Source: Antedon mediterranea (taxonomy: Eukaryota; Animalia; Echinodermata). From it: a stretch of 64,000 nt of DNA. The notes beneath the pieces are model-generated. The model was not told the DNA's origin. It saw only the letters and a list, made by a program, of their open reading frames with translations, and ran no database searches. A program made the position numbers and the translations under genes. Position 1 is the stretch's first letter. Each line of letters starts with the position of its first letter. Positions 32,400-44,154 of the stretch are shown here, one piece after another. The stretch spans positions 18,737,237 through 18,801,236 of the forward strand of contig NC_092672.1 in the NCBI RefSeq assembly GCF_964355755.1, read 5' to 3'.

Positions 32400-34502
32400 T
32401 ATACCATGGGATTTATTTGAATGTTTTGATGATATTAATGAATGTTCCTACAATCACTCCTAGAAAAAGACTGTCACTATGGTTCGATAAGGATCTTCGA
32501 AAGGCCTTAAAGGTCAAGAAAGTAAACCTAAGCTCTCTAGGCAGTGCCGAACAAATTTCAATTGTGAAGATTTTAAAATTGCTCGTAGGAGCTTTAAACA
32601 ACTCTGCAGGGTGAAATATTTAAATTATGTTTCTTCCCTATCACAAAAGTTAAATGAAAATCCAAAAGGTTTTTGGTCTTGGGTTAAAAGTAATTACAAA
32701 CAAACAGCACCTTCTTCGTTGAGTTATGGAACGTCCAAAGCTATTACTGATAGTGAAAAAGCAAATCTATTTAACGTATTTTTTCATTCTGTTTTAGTTA
32801 CATTACTATTACAACTTTTCCAGATCTAATCTAGTAATCTATAAGCAAACTATCCAATAATATTGTCGACTCTCAACAGGTGGGAAAACTTCTCACTAGT
32901 ATCCAACCGCATAAGGCCTCCGGATGTGACGGGCTTAGTAACAAGGTTCTTAAATTTTGTGCCAAACCTCTTTCTGTTCTCTTATCTTACATTTTCAAAT
33001 CCCGCTTAATTGTGGTTCTTTTCTCTCTGATTGGAAACGTAGTAACATTTATCCTATTTTCAAAGCGGGATCTCGTACTTCTGTCGAGAATTATCGGCCT
33101 ATTTCTTTACTTCCTACCCTTTATAAAATCTATTATCATATCTCCCGTCTCATATCTCGCCTTTTCTTTCTTGCTTTCAACACGGCTTTGTGTCTAGTAG
33201 GTTGTATCAGACCAATCTATCAACGATGCTTTCCGTTGCCTATGGAGCATTTAGATACAAAAAGTCAGTGTGATGTAGTGTACACGGGTTATTCCAAAGC
33301 GTTTGATAGAGTTTGCCACGACCTACTAGTATACAAAGTCACTAAATTTGGCATCTGTGGTTCTTTTCTTTCCTGGATTAAAAGTTACCTCAATAATTGC
33401 TTCCAATGTGTTACTTATAATGGGTGCACTTCCCCTTGGCTGCCTGTTACATCCGGAGTCCATCAAGGGTCAATCTTAAGACAAATACTGTTCACGATGT
33501 TTGTGAATGATGTTCCTGATATTTCCTCTTTTTCGCATTGCCTCCTTTTTGCGGACGATATTAAGCTTTATCGCGGTGTCAACAACTTAGATGATTCGCG
33601 TTTACTGCAGCGGGACCTGGAAGAGTTGTAGAACTAGTCTTCTACCTGGAAAATGTCCTTTAATCCCCAAAAGTGTCAGGTTCTTTCGTTGACTCTAAAA
33701 AAAAACAGTTACTGCCTTATGATTACATGATAAATGGTGCAATAATTGAAAGGGTCAATGTTCAAAAGAATCTCAGAATACTTATTGACTCCAAGCTTAA
33801 TTTTAACAAACATGTTGATTATATTGTTTTCAAGGGCAATATAATGTTGGGTATGTTCTATATTCGATATTGTAAAGATCTTGATAGTAAAACTAAGCTT
33901 CATCTTTATATTTCATTTGTTAGACCGATTTTTGATTATTCCTCTACTATTTTTAATTCTATATCCGTATCTCAATCAACTCGTATTGAGCGGGTCCAGT
34001 CCAAATGTATTAATTATTTTATTAATTATCACAATGCTGGTCTTTCTATTTCTCTGTGGCTGCTTCATACTAGGAGAAAACTTGTTGATATGGTTTTTCT
34101 CTTTAAGTGCCTGAATTTTATCTTTTTGATTTCCCTCTTCCCTCCTTATTTCTGCTTACAATCCACATACCAAATTTAAGCAACACTGAATTCCTCTCCG
34201 TTCCTTACAGTCGAGTTAATGCTACCAAAAATGGTTTCATTCATAGACTTTCCTTTCAAAATAATATGATTTCACGCAAAAATAAAACTATTGACCTTTT
34301 CTATAACAATATTTCCATGTTCAAAATTTAGGTAGTTTGTGCTATTTAGGCCTAACTGTTTTTATTGTTCTTGTATTAATTTTCTGATAGTTAACTTTAA
34401 TGTGTAAGTTATTTTAATCTTATATATTTATATGTGAGTCTTTAATGCATCCTGTAATTGGCGATATCGCTGTTGGATGTATGTGCAATAAAATAAAATA
34501 AA
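32400..34502 (+). mobile_element. 5'-truncated, degenerate non-LTR retrotransposon (CR1/L2/Jockey group) reverse transcriptase
   Basis: Frameshifted ORFs carry RT motifs ENPKGFWSWVK, ENYRPISLLP, SKAFDRVCH, VTSGVHQGSIL and LFADDIKLY; the 3' end is an (AATAA)n tail at about 34487-34502. Confidence 0.9.
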
Positions 34503-34852
34503 GCTAAATAACACTTGAAGATAGCAGGTATTAAAAAAGAGAAGAATCAGCTGCAGCAATGAAAAGAATGTTGCTATAATTATCATGTTTGATATAATTT
34601 ATGTTGTATTATTAGGCATAAGTAACATAATTATTTATGCCACTATCCCTAAAATAATTGAGTAACAATAAGTTTTATTTTAGTAGCTTTAGATATTAAT
34701 GAAGAAGGCGGTGTTTACGAGACGATCATTAATATGTAGTGAATCGTCAACGTGTATTTTGGTCTACCGCCTCTTCAGTGCTGCAGTGCATGGTGTACAT
34801 TCAACGAAGCAGGTTAAATTATCGCAAAGAATATCAAAACTACTTCCTGGTG

Positions 34853-36199
34853 ATGGACGCGTTTATCAGTTTGTTTTTATTGTGTTTTACTACTTTAACG
34901 TGCTGTTTAAAATTTAGCCATCATCCGACCGGAGGAAAGATACAAGAAGGTTTTGAAATAGAACTTACGTGCTTTTTAACGGGTGATATATTACAAAAGC
35001 AGTTATCGTGGGAAAAGAATAGGTCCAAATTATCGGAAGGAGAAACAATTTTAGAAACAAGCGGATTAGACGAAAAAAGAATAGATGTGGACATTAAACA
35101 GACAACTGGGGCTTATTCATATACAATATCTATATCCAACGTTGTGTATAAAGATAGCGGGTCATATGCTTGCGTTGTTTTTCAAAATGGTGAACAAGTA
35201 TTGACATCTGATTACGCTATTGTAACGGTTTTTCAACTACCAAGCCCAGAATATCCAATATGTACCAGAATATCACGACCAGTAATAACAGAGGAAGAAA
35301 TAACCTTTAAATGTGAAGGGGAAACGATAAACCCACCAATAGATTTAAGTTGGTCTATTGGTGGAAGCAAATTAGAAATTAGCGATGAATCATATGTTGA
35401 TTCAGAGAGAACGTTTGCTATGTATTCATTAACAGCAAGTCCAAATAACAACAATGCCGTTTACGTATGCTCACTCACAACTCCAGCTAACCGTAGTATT
35501 GTCAAAAACTGTAGCATTGGACCACTAAATGTTTGGTATAAACCTAATGTTACAATACAACATGCAGGGATATCATTGTCAGGAAGGGAAGCCATCTTTA
35601 TTTGTCAAGCAGATGCAAACCCCCCAGTTGTAGATTTTACGTGGCTGTTTGATCCGCCATTAAAAATTGAACGTTATGTTATTGATGACATTGGGCAAGT
35701 TATGCGTATTCTACGCGCTACTCTTGATGAAAATGGATTACTTGTTAAATGCATAGCAGAAAATACTGTTGGTCAGGTGACATCTCACGTGATCATGGAA
35801 GTGATTGGTAATAAAGATGATGACAAACCAAAGACAAACGCTATTGAATCTGTGAATGAAAAACAAGCAGAAAAGAAAAGTATATCTTTATCAGTTTTAT
35901 TAGCTGTTGTATCTGTATTAGTTCTTGTTATTGTATTTGCTATTATTGTTCCTGTTTATTACTTCTGTATTTGCTCAAAGAAAGAGGAAACTGTTGTTAT
36001 TGCTCAACCGGAAGTATACTTTGAACCTCAAGATCGTCTGACATTACCATTGCCAAATAAAAGAAACTCTGTGTTGTGGAGACGTTCATTTGGAGCTCAA
36101 GTTCCTACAGATAGAGATGTAGATGCCATGTATTTGGAGATACAGAGTGATCATTACATCTTCACACCTGATAGCAGAGGAAATACTCTGCCTTATTGA
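34853..36199 (+). CDS. R3: 3-Ig membrane receptor, subfamily E
   Basis: ORF 34739..36199; likely start is MDAFISLFLLCFTTLTCC (ATG 34853) by homology to R2/R5. Confidence 0.92.
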   Translation: MDAFISLFLLCFTTLTCCLKFSHHPTGGKIQEGFEIELTCFLTGDILQKQLSWEKNRSKLSEGETILETSGLDEKRIDVDIKQTTGAYSYTISISNVVYKDSGSYACVVFQNGEQVLTSDYAIVTVFQLPSPEYPICTRISRPVITEEEITFKCEGETINPPIDLSWSIGGSKLEISDESYVDSERTFAMYSLTASPNNNNAVYVCSLTTPANRSIVKNCSIGPLNVWYKPNVTIQHAGISLSGREAIFICQADANPPVVDFTWLFDPPLKIERYVIDDIGQVMRILRATLDENGLLVKCIAENTVGQVTSHVIMEVIGNKDDDKPKTNAIESVNEKQAEKKSISLSVLLAVVSVLVLVIVFAIIVPVYYFCICSKKEETVVIAQPEVYFEPQDRLTLPLPNKRNSVLWRRSFGAQVPTDRDVDAMYLEIQSDHYIFTPDSRGNTLPY

Positions 36200-36596
36200 A
36201 TAAAGTTTACGTTTGATAGACACACGTAACTTATTTACCAGTAGTAACTTAATTTTCTTATTAAAACATTTGTAAAATTTGCGAAATTGTACGATACTGT
36301 ATTGTAATTGTCCTTATTGTTATAACAATGGTGTACTAAGTAACATTACTTTTTTTCAAGTTTCCCTCAATTAATAGATAACACGAACTTTAATCATAGT
36401 AGCCATGTATAATGTATATTACCGAGAAAGGCGGTGCTTACAAATGGTTAATAATAATGTAGTGAACCATGAACGTGTGTGTTGCGAAACATTCTATAGC
36501 ACAGTTTAGTATATTACCAGATGCATTGGTCTTGTTATGGTTATCAGTTGTGAGAAAGTAAAACACACGTTTTTAAGTGAATCACCAATTATCACA

Positions 36597-37952
36597 ATGG
36601 TTAACTCAAGGTATATTTTGATGTTACTAAAATTGTGCTTTTTTAAAAGAATTATGACATCGTCAACCGAATTTAGTCATCATCCTCGGGAAGAAACTGT
36701 GATTGAGGGTACTGCTGTAAAATTGACATGCGGTATTGAAGGAGTTGATTCTGAAAGTACGTTTGCTTGGATAAAAAATGGTGTTACATTGACTAGCGGT
36801 AATGCCATTTTAGAATCTAGCCCATATTTTCATCGTAATGTATTAGTTGATTTTGGATGGTTGTCAAAAACATCTATTTACTATGGACTTAAAATTAATA
36901 ATGTTCTGTACAGTGATTCAGGAGAATACGCATGCATTGTAAATCATAATGGATTTGAGGTAAAATCTAATACAGCTTATATAACAGTTAATCAATTACC
37001 GGATCGTACTTATCCGTTATGTAAACAAATAGGCAGCCCTGTTAAGGAAGGAAAGCAAGTGAATCTGAGATGTGAAGGTGAAGTTTTAAACCCACCCATC
37101 GAATTACAATTATCAAGATCAATGGCAGGTAACCAATCAGTTACCATATTGAATAAGCGAACAACGCCTATTATTAATTCATTTGTAGCAAATCGTGTTG
37201 ATAATAATGCTATATTTAATTGTCAGCTAACAACACCAGCGAATACAAGTATCGTTAGAACATGTAGTATTGGACCACTAAATGTTTGGTATAAACCTAA
37301 TGTTACAATACAACATGCAGGGATATCATTATCAGGAAGAGAAGCCATTTTTATTTGCCAATCTGATGCAAACCCACCAGTAGTAGATTTTACGTGGCAA
37401 TTTGATCCGCCATTAAACATTGAGCGTTATGTTATTGATGATATTGGGCAAGTTATGCGCATTCTAAAAGTTGACATTGATGACAATGGATTACTTGTTA
37501 AATGCATTACCAAAAATACTGTTGGTCAGGTGACATCTCACGTGATCATGGAAGTGATTGGTGTTAAAGAAGAGGACAAACCAAAGACAAACGCTATTGA
37601 ATCTGTGAATGAAAAACAAGCAGAAAAGAAAAGTATATCTTTATCAGTTTTACTAGCTGTTGTATCTGTATTAGTTCTTGTTATTGTATTTGCTATTATT
37701 GTTCCTGTTTATTACTTCTGTATTTGCTCTAAGAAAGAGGAAACTGTTGTTATTGCTCAACCGGAAGTATACTTTGAACCTCAAGATCGTCTGACATTAC
37801 CATTGCCAAATAAAAGAAATTCTGTGTTGTGGAGACGTTCATTTGGAGCTCAAGTTCCTACAGACAGAGATGTAGATGCCATGTATTTGGAGATACAAAG
37901 TGATCACTATATCTTCACACCAGATAGCAGAGGAAATACTTTGCCTTATTGA
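36597..37952 (+). CDS. R4: 3-Ig membrane receptor, subfamily F
   Basis: ORF 36537..37952; likely start is MVNSRYILMLL (ATG 36597) by homology to R6-R9. Confidence 0.9.
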   Translation: MVNSRYILMLLKLCFFKRIMTSSTEFSHHPREETVIEGTAVKLTCGIEGVDSESTFAWIKNGVTLTSGNAILESSPYFHRNVLVDFGWLSKTSIYYGLKINNVLYSDSGEYACIVNHNGFEVKSNTAYITVNQLPDRTYPLCKQIGSPVKEGKQVNLRCEGEVLNPPIELQLSRSMAGNQSVTILNKRTTPIINSFVANRVDNNAIFNCQLTTPANTSIVRTCSIGPLNVWYKPNVTIQHAGISLSGREAIFICQSDANPPVVDFTWQFDPPLNIERYVIDDIGQVMRILKVDIDDNGLLVKCITKNTVGQVTSHVIMEVIGVKEEDKPKTNAIESVNEKQAEKKSISLSVLLAVVSVLVLVIVFAIIVPVYYFCICSKKEETVVIAQPEVYFEPQDRLTLPLPNKRNSVLWRRSFGAQVPTDRDVDAMYLEIQSDHYIFTPDSRGNTLPY

Positions 37953-38390
37953 ATAATTATGTTTCATTAACATATGTATATTATAATTAATCAATTACAT
38001 ATAATATGACAATGAAAATAATATAGTCGTACACACAGTAATTGTTTAGAATAACAAATAGGCCTACATGTTCTTAATTTTTCCATTAAGAAATATACAT
38101 AATTATCATTATTGGTGTGATTTTAGTTTGTACCATAAGTATAAGATTGCTCGATGACATAAGTAACACGATTTGTCATCTTAGTATCCTCAAATTAATT
38201 GAGTAACATATAGTTTTATTTTAATAGCCGTACATGTTTAATGAATAAGGCGGTGTTTACTAAACCTTCATTAATATGTAGTGAAACATTAGCATAAGTG
38301 CACAGTCAAAGAGGCAGGTTCAGTTGTCGCAAAGCATATCACAAATTTACTTGAACTTCATAATCAAAGCAGCACAACTTTATTGTCGTT

Positions 38391-39737
38391 ATGGAAGTGT
38401 TTGTATGGTTTCACACATTGCTTATTATTCATGTATCGTTCTGTTTCAAATTTAGCCATCATCCGATTGGAAGTAAGGTTCAAGAAGGGTTTGGTGTGGA
38501 ACTTACCTGCTTTTTAACGGGCGATTTATCAAAAGAACAGTTATCGTGGGTGAAGGATAGTTCATCACTAACAAAAGGAGAAATAATTTTAGACACAAGT
38601 GGTGTAGACCAAGAAAGAATAAATGTGCACATCATACAGACAACTGGTGTTTATGCATATACAATATCTATATCCAGCGTTGTGTATAAAGATAGCGGGT
38701 CATATGCTTGCGTTGTTTTTCAAAATGGTGAACAAGTATTGACATCTGATTACGCTGTTGTAACTGTTTTTCAACTACCAAGTCCCGAATATCCAATATG
38801 TACCAGAATATCACGACCAGTAATAACAGAGGAAGAAATAACCTTTAAATGTGAAGGGGAAACGATAAACCCACCAATATATTTAAGTTGGTCTATTGGT
38901 GGAAGCAAATTAGAAATTAACGTTGAATCACATGTTGATTCAGAGAAAACGTTTTCTACGTATTCATTAACAGCAAGTCCAAATAACAACAATGCCGTCT
39001 ACGTATGCTCACTCACAACTCCAGCTAACCGTAGTATTGTCAAAAACTGTAGCATTGGACCACTAAATGTCTGGTATAAACCTAATATTACAATACAACA
39101 TGCAGGAAGATCGTTTTCAGGAAGAGAAGCCATTTTTATTTGCCAATCTGATGCAAACCCACCAGTAGTAGATTTTACGTGGCAATTTGATCCGCCATTA
39201 AACATTAAGCGTTATGTTATTGATCATATTGGGCAGGTTATGCGTATTCTACGTGTTACTCTTGATGACAATGGATTACTTGTTAAATGCATAGCAGAAA
39301 ATACTGTTGGTCAGGTGACATCTCACGTGATCATGGAAGTGATTGGTGTTAAAGAAGAGGACAAACCAAAGACAAACGCTATTGAATCTGTGAATGAAAA
39401 ACAAGCAGAAAAGAAAAGTATATCTTTATCAGTTTTACTAGCTGTTGTATCTGTATTAGTTCTTGTTATTGTATTTGCTATTATTGTTCCTGTTTATTAC
39501 TTCTGTATTTGCTCAAAGAAAGAGGAAACTGTTGTTATTGCTCAACCGGAAGTATACTTTGAACCTCAAGACCGACTGACATTACCATTGCCAAATAAAA
39601 GAAACTCTGTGTTGTGGAGACGTTCATTTGGAGCACAAGTTCCTACAGATAGAGATGTTGATGCCATGTATTTGGAAATACAGAGTGAGCATTACATCTT
39701 CACACCAGATAGCAGAGGAAATACTCTGCCTTATTGA
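38391..39737 (+). CDS. R5: 3-Ig membrane receptor, subfamily E
   Basis: 448-aa ORF, same architecture. Confidence 0.93.
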   Translation: MEVFVWFHTLLIIHVSFCFKFSHHPIGSKVQEGFGVELTCFLTGDLSKEQLSWVKDSSSLTKGEIILDTSGVDQERINVHIIQTTGVYAYTISISSVVYKDSGSYACVVFQNGEQVLTSDYAVVTVFQLPSPEYPICTRISRPVITEEEITFKCEGETINPPIYLSWSIGGSKLEINVESHVDSEKTFSTYSLTASPNNNNAVYVCSLTTPANRSIVKNCSIGPLNVWYKPNITIQHAGRSFSGREAIFICQSDANPPVVDFTWQFDPPLNIKRYVIDHIGQVMRILRVTLDDNGLLVKCIAENTVGQVTSHVIMEVIGVKEEDKPKTNAIESVNEKQAEKKSISLSVLLAVVSVLVLVIVFAIIVPVYYFCICSKKEETVVIAQPEVYFEPQDRLTLPLPNKRNSVLWRRSFGAQVPTDRDVDAMYLEIQSEHYIFTPDSRGNTLPY

Positions 39738-40294
39738 CCGATAATTAAGTTTCCGGAAGAGTGAAATTAATGTTCATGCATTCCTTCATTCATCTTTTTA
39801 TATACCATAACAAATCATTGAAATAAATCCCAAGCCAAAAAAAACCACAAAAAAAAAACACACACACACGCTTTAACCAAGAAAAAAAAGTAGAAATATA
39901 GAAATATATCTCGTGGCGCAGGGCCCTTCTGAATCACTCGGCTCTGACTAGCCTTCCTAGCAAGTAAAGGAGCCTCGCATTCAAACGCCGCTTGTACCAC
40001 AGCCATTTTAACCAAATAGAAATGTTATTTCATTAAACAATTAAATTAGAAGTTCAAATAATATTTAGTGTTTTGAAACGAAGAAGACGAAATTTCACTC
40101 TAAGCTCCGCCCACTTTGTTAAAGCGCATGCATAAATTATTTATGAGCACCGTCCTGTTTTAATAAAGTCCATATAATTGTAATTGTAGAAGGTTTAAGA
40201 TTGTGAGATAGGTCTGGTATCGCCATAATTATTTCAATAAATAAGGGTTTATTAAGAAACAATGTTTTTTATCCTAGTATCCGGAATTTAATGA

Positions 40295-40382
40295 GTAACG
40301 TTACATTTTATTTTAGTAGCCGTCGATCATGTGTATTGCAGAAAAGGCGGTGCTTACAATTATGTAATTAATATGTAGTGAA
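40295..40382 (+). promoter_or_regulatory. Conserved upstream element, right array (R6 example): GTAAC-N16-GTAGCC ... AAGGCGGTG(C/T)TTAC ... TAATATGTAGTGAA
   Basis: Core starts at 28912, 30738, 34662, 36378, 38203, 40295, 41984, 43946 and 45905, i.e. 188-226 bp before each ATG, with the same GTAAC-to-GC spacing as in the left array. Confidence 0.72.
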
Positions 40383-40503
40383 GCATGAAACGCGTAACTA
40401 AATATTTCTCGGCTTAGTATATTGTAGTTAACATACGTATACAATTTGTTATCACTATAACCCTTCTGGGAAAGTAATACATGTATTTAAGTTACTGTAC
40501 AAA

Positions 40504-41862
40504 ATGAATATTTTAAGGTACGTTTTTATTCTATTTCAATTTTGTTTTGTTAAGCGGATTGTGGCAACATCCGCAGAATTTGTTTACCATCCTCAAACTG
40601 AAACCGTAATTGAAGGTACTACTGCTTTGAAATTGACATGCGTTTTTGAAGGAGCTGATTCTGAAAGTACGTTTTCTTGGATAAAAAATGGTGTTACATT
40701 AACCAATGGTAAAGACATTTTAGAATCTAGTCCATTTTTTGATCACAATGTATTCGTTGATTTTAGATGGTTAACTACAACTTCTATTTACTATACACTT
40801 GAAATAAGTAACGTTTTGTATAGTGATTCCGGAGAATACGCATGCGTTGTAAATCAGAATGGATTTGAGGTAAAATCCAATACAGCTTATATAACAGTTA
40901 ATCAATTACCGGATCGTACTTATCCGTTATGTGAACAAATAGGCAGCCCTGTTAAAGAAGGAAAGCAAGTGAATTTAAGATGTGAAGGTGAGGTTATAAA
41001 CCCACCCATCGAATTACAATTATCAAGATCAATGCCAGGTAACCAAGCAGTTACCATATTGAATAAGCGGACAACGCCTATTATTAATTCATTTGTAGCA
41101 AATCGTGTTGATAATAATGCTATATTTAATTGTCAGCTAACAACACCAGCGAATACAAGTATCGTTAGAACATGTAGTATTGGACCACTAAATGTCTGGT
41201 ATAAACCCAATGTTACAATACAACATGCAGGGATATCATTATCAGGAAGGGAAGCCATTTTTATTTGTCAATCTGATGCAAACCCCCCAGTAGTAGATTT
41301 TACGTGGCAATTTGATCCGATATTAAACATTGAGCGTTATGTTATTGATGATATTGGGCAAGTTATGCGCATTCTAAAAATTGAAATTGAGGACAATGGA
41401 TTACTTGTTAAATGCATAGCCAAAAATACTGTTGGTCAGGTGACATCTCACGTGATCATGGAAGTGATCGGTAATAAAGCAGATGACAAACCAAAGACAA
41501 ACGCTATTGAATCTGTGAATGAAAAAGAAGCAGAAAAGAAAAATATATCTGTATCAGTTTTACTAGCTGTTGTATCTGTATTAGTTCTTGTTATTGTATT
41601 TGCTATTATTGTTCCTGTTTATTACTTCTGTATTTGTTCAAAGAAAGAGGAAAATGTTGTTATTGCTCAACCGGAAGTATACTTTGAACCTCAAGATCGT
41701 CTGACATTACCATTGCCAAATAAAAGAAACTCTGTGTTGTGGAGACGTTCATTTGGAGCTCAAGTTCCTACAGACAGAGATGTAGATGCCATGTATTTGG
41801 AGATACAGAGTGAGCATTACATCTTCACGCCAGATAGCAGAGGAAATACCCTGCCTTATTGA
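40504..41862 (+). CDS. R6: 3-Ig membrane receptor, subfamily F
   Basis: 452-aa ORF, same architecture. Confidence 0.93.
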   Translation: MNILRYVFILFQFCFVKRIVATSAEFVYHPQTETVIEGTTALKLTCVFEGADSESTFSWIKNGVTLTNGKDILESSPFFDHNVFVDFRWLTTTSIYYTLEISNVLYSDSGEYACVVNQNGFEVKSNTAYITVNQLPDRTYPLCEQIGSPVKEGKQVNLRCEGEVINPPIELQLSRSMPGNQAVTILNKRTTPIINSFVANRVDNNAIFNCQLTTPANTSIVRTCSIGPLNVWYKPNVTIQHAGISLSGREAIFICQSDANPPVVDFTWQFDPILNIERYVIDDIGQVMRILKIEIEDNGLLVKCIAKNTVGQVTSHVIMEVIGNKADDKPKTNAIESVNEKEAEKKNISVSVLLAVVSVLVLVIVFAIIVPVYYFCICSKKEENVVIAQPEVYFEPQDRLTLPLPNKRNSVLWRRSFGAQVPTDRDVDAMYLEIQSEHYIFTPDSRGNTLPY

Positions 41863-42192
41863 CTGATAATTAAGTTTCATCAGGGAAGAGTGAAATTAGT
41901 GTCTGGTATCGCCATAATTATTGCAATAATTGAGGTTTTATTAAGTAACAATGTTTTTTATCCTTGTATCCGGAATTAAAGGAGTAACGTTACATTTTAT
42001 TTTAGTAGCCGTCGATCATGTGTATTGCAGAAAAGGCGGTGCCTACAATTATGTAATTAATATGTAGTGAAGCATGAAACGCGTAACTAAATATTTCTCG
42101 GCTTAGTATATTGTAGTTAACATACGTATACAATTTGTTATCACTATAACCCTTCTGGGAAAGTAATACATGTATTTAAGTTACTGTACAAA

Positions 42193-43554
42193 ATGAATAT
42201 TTTAAGGTACGTTTTTATTCTATTTCAATTTTATTTTGTTAAGCGGATTGTGGCAACATCCACAGAATTCATTTATCATCCTCGAGCTGAAACCGCAATT
42301 GAGGGAACTGCCGTTAAATTGACATGCGGTGTTGAAGGAGTTGATTCTGAAAGTACGTTTTCTTGGATTAAAAATGGTGTTACATTGACCAATGGTAAAG
42401 ACATTTTAGAATCTAGTCCATATTTTGATCGCAATGTATTAGTTGATTTTGGGTGGTTAACCACAACATCTATCTACTATGGACTTGAAATAAGTAATGT
42501 TTTGTATAGTGATTCCGGAGAATACGCATGCGTTGTAAATATGAATGGAGTTGAGGTAAAATCCAATACAGCTTATGTAACAGTTAATCAATTACCGGAT
42601 CGTACTTATCCGATATGTAAACAAATAGGCAGCCCTGTTAAAGAAGGAAAGGAAGTGAATCTGAGATGTGAAGGTGAGGTTATAAACCCACCCATCGAAT
42701 TACAATTATCAAGATCAATGCCAGGTAACCAAGCAGTTACCATATTGAATAAGCGGACAACGCCTATTATTAATTCATTTGTAGCAAATCGTGTTGATAA
42801 TAATGCTATATTTAATTGTCAGCTAACAACACCAGCGAATACAAGTATCGTTAGAACATGTAGTATTGGACCACTAAATGTCTGGTATAAACCCAATGTT
42901 ACAATACAACATGCAGGGATATCATTATCAGGAAGGGAAGCCATTTTTATTTGCCAATCTGATGCAAACCCACCAGTAGTAGATTTTACTTGGCAATTTG
43001 ATCCGCCATTAAACATTGAGCGTTATGTTATTGATGATATTGGCCAAGTTATGCGCATTCTAAAAGTTGACATTGATGACAATGAATTACTTGTTAAATG
43101 CATAGCCAAAAATACTGTTGGTCAGGTGACATCTCACGTGATCATGGAAGTGATCGGTAATAAAGAAAATGACAAACCAAAGACAAACGCTATTGAATCT
43201 GTGAATGAAAAACAAGCAGAAAAGAAAAGTAGGCCTATATCTTTATCAGTTTTATTAGCTGTTGTATCTGTATTAGTTCTTGTTATTGTATTTGCTATTA
43301 TTGTTCCTGTTTATTACTTCTGTATTTGCTCAAAGAAAGAGGAAACTGTTGTTATTGCTCAACCGGAAGTATACTTTGAACCTCAAGATCGTCTGACATT
43401 ACCATTGCCAAATAAAAGAAACTCTGTGTTGTGGAGACGTTCATTTGGAGCTCAAGTTCCTACAGACAGAGATGTAGATTCCATGTATTTGGAGATACAT
43501 AGTGAGCATTACATCTTCACACCAGATAGCAGAGGAAATACTCTGCCTTATTGA
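42193..43554 (+). CDS. R7: 3-Ig membrane receptor, subfamily F
   Basis: 453-aa ORF with a 2-aa RP insertion before the TM. Confidence 0.93.
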   Translation: MNILRYVFILFQFYFVKRIVATSTEFIYHPRAETAIEGTAVKLTCGVEGVDSESTFSWIKNGVTLTNGKDILESSPYFDRNVLVDFGWLTTTSIYYGLEISNVLYSDSGEYACVVNMNGVEVKSNTAYVTVNQLPDRTYPICKQIGSPVKEGKEVNLRCEGEVINPPIELQLSRSMPGNQAVTILNKRTTPIINSFVANRVDNNAIFNCQLTTPANTSIVRTCSIGPLNVWYKPNVTIQHAGISLSGREAIFICQSDANPPVVDFTWQFDPPLNIERYVIDDIGQVMRILKVDIDDNELLVKCIAKNTVGQVTSHVIMEVIGNKENDKPKTNAIESVNEKQAEKKSRPISLSVLLAVVSVLVLVIVFAIIVPVYYFCICSKKEETVVIAQPEVYFEPQDRLTLPLPNKRNSVLWRRSFGAQVPTDRDVDSMYLEIHSEHYIFTPDSRGNTLPY

Positions 43555-44154
43555 CTGATAATTAAGTTTCATCAGGGAAGAGTGAAATTAATGTTACATT
43601 CATTCTTTCATTGATCTTTTTCTTTCTTATATACCATAACAAATCATCATAAGAAATCCATAGCAAATTTAAAAAAAAACAAACTTTAACCAAGAAAAAA
43701 ATAGAAATAGATGTACAATTATAAAGGAATAGTCAATGTAAGAAAGTATTCCATTGTTTATGCATTATTGAGACATTAAGAAGGTGATTTCTAATAGTCT
43801 TGATCTTAGTGAATCGTCTTAGTAATAATAGTAATTGTAGAAGATTTAAGATTGTGGGATAGGTCTGGTATCGCCATACTTATTGCAATAGATAAGGGTT
43901 TATTAAGTAACAATGCTTTTTATCCTAGTATCCGGAATTAAAGGAGTAACATTATATTTTATTGTAGTAGCCGTCGATCATGTACATTGCAAAAAAGGCG
44001 GTGCTTACAATTATGTAATTAATATGTAGTGAACCATGAAACGCGTAACTAAATATTTCTCGGCTTAGTATATTGTAGTTAACACACGTATTCAATTTGT
44101 TATCACTATAACCCTTCTGGGAAAGTAATACATGTATTTAAGATACTGTACAAA

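Noticed and set aside
32957-33631. Reverse transcriptase within a diversified receptor array (DGR/retron-like idea)
   Set aside because: Motifs and 3' tail are those of a frameshifted, 5'-truncated non-LTR LINE; there is no template/variable repeat pair or adenine-specific variation.
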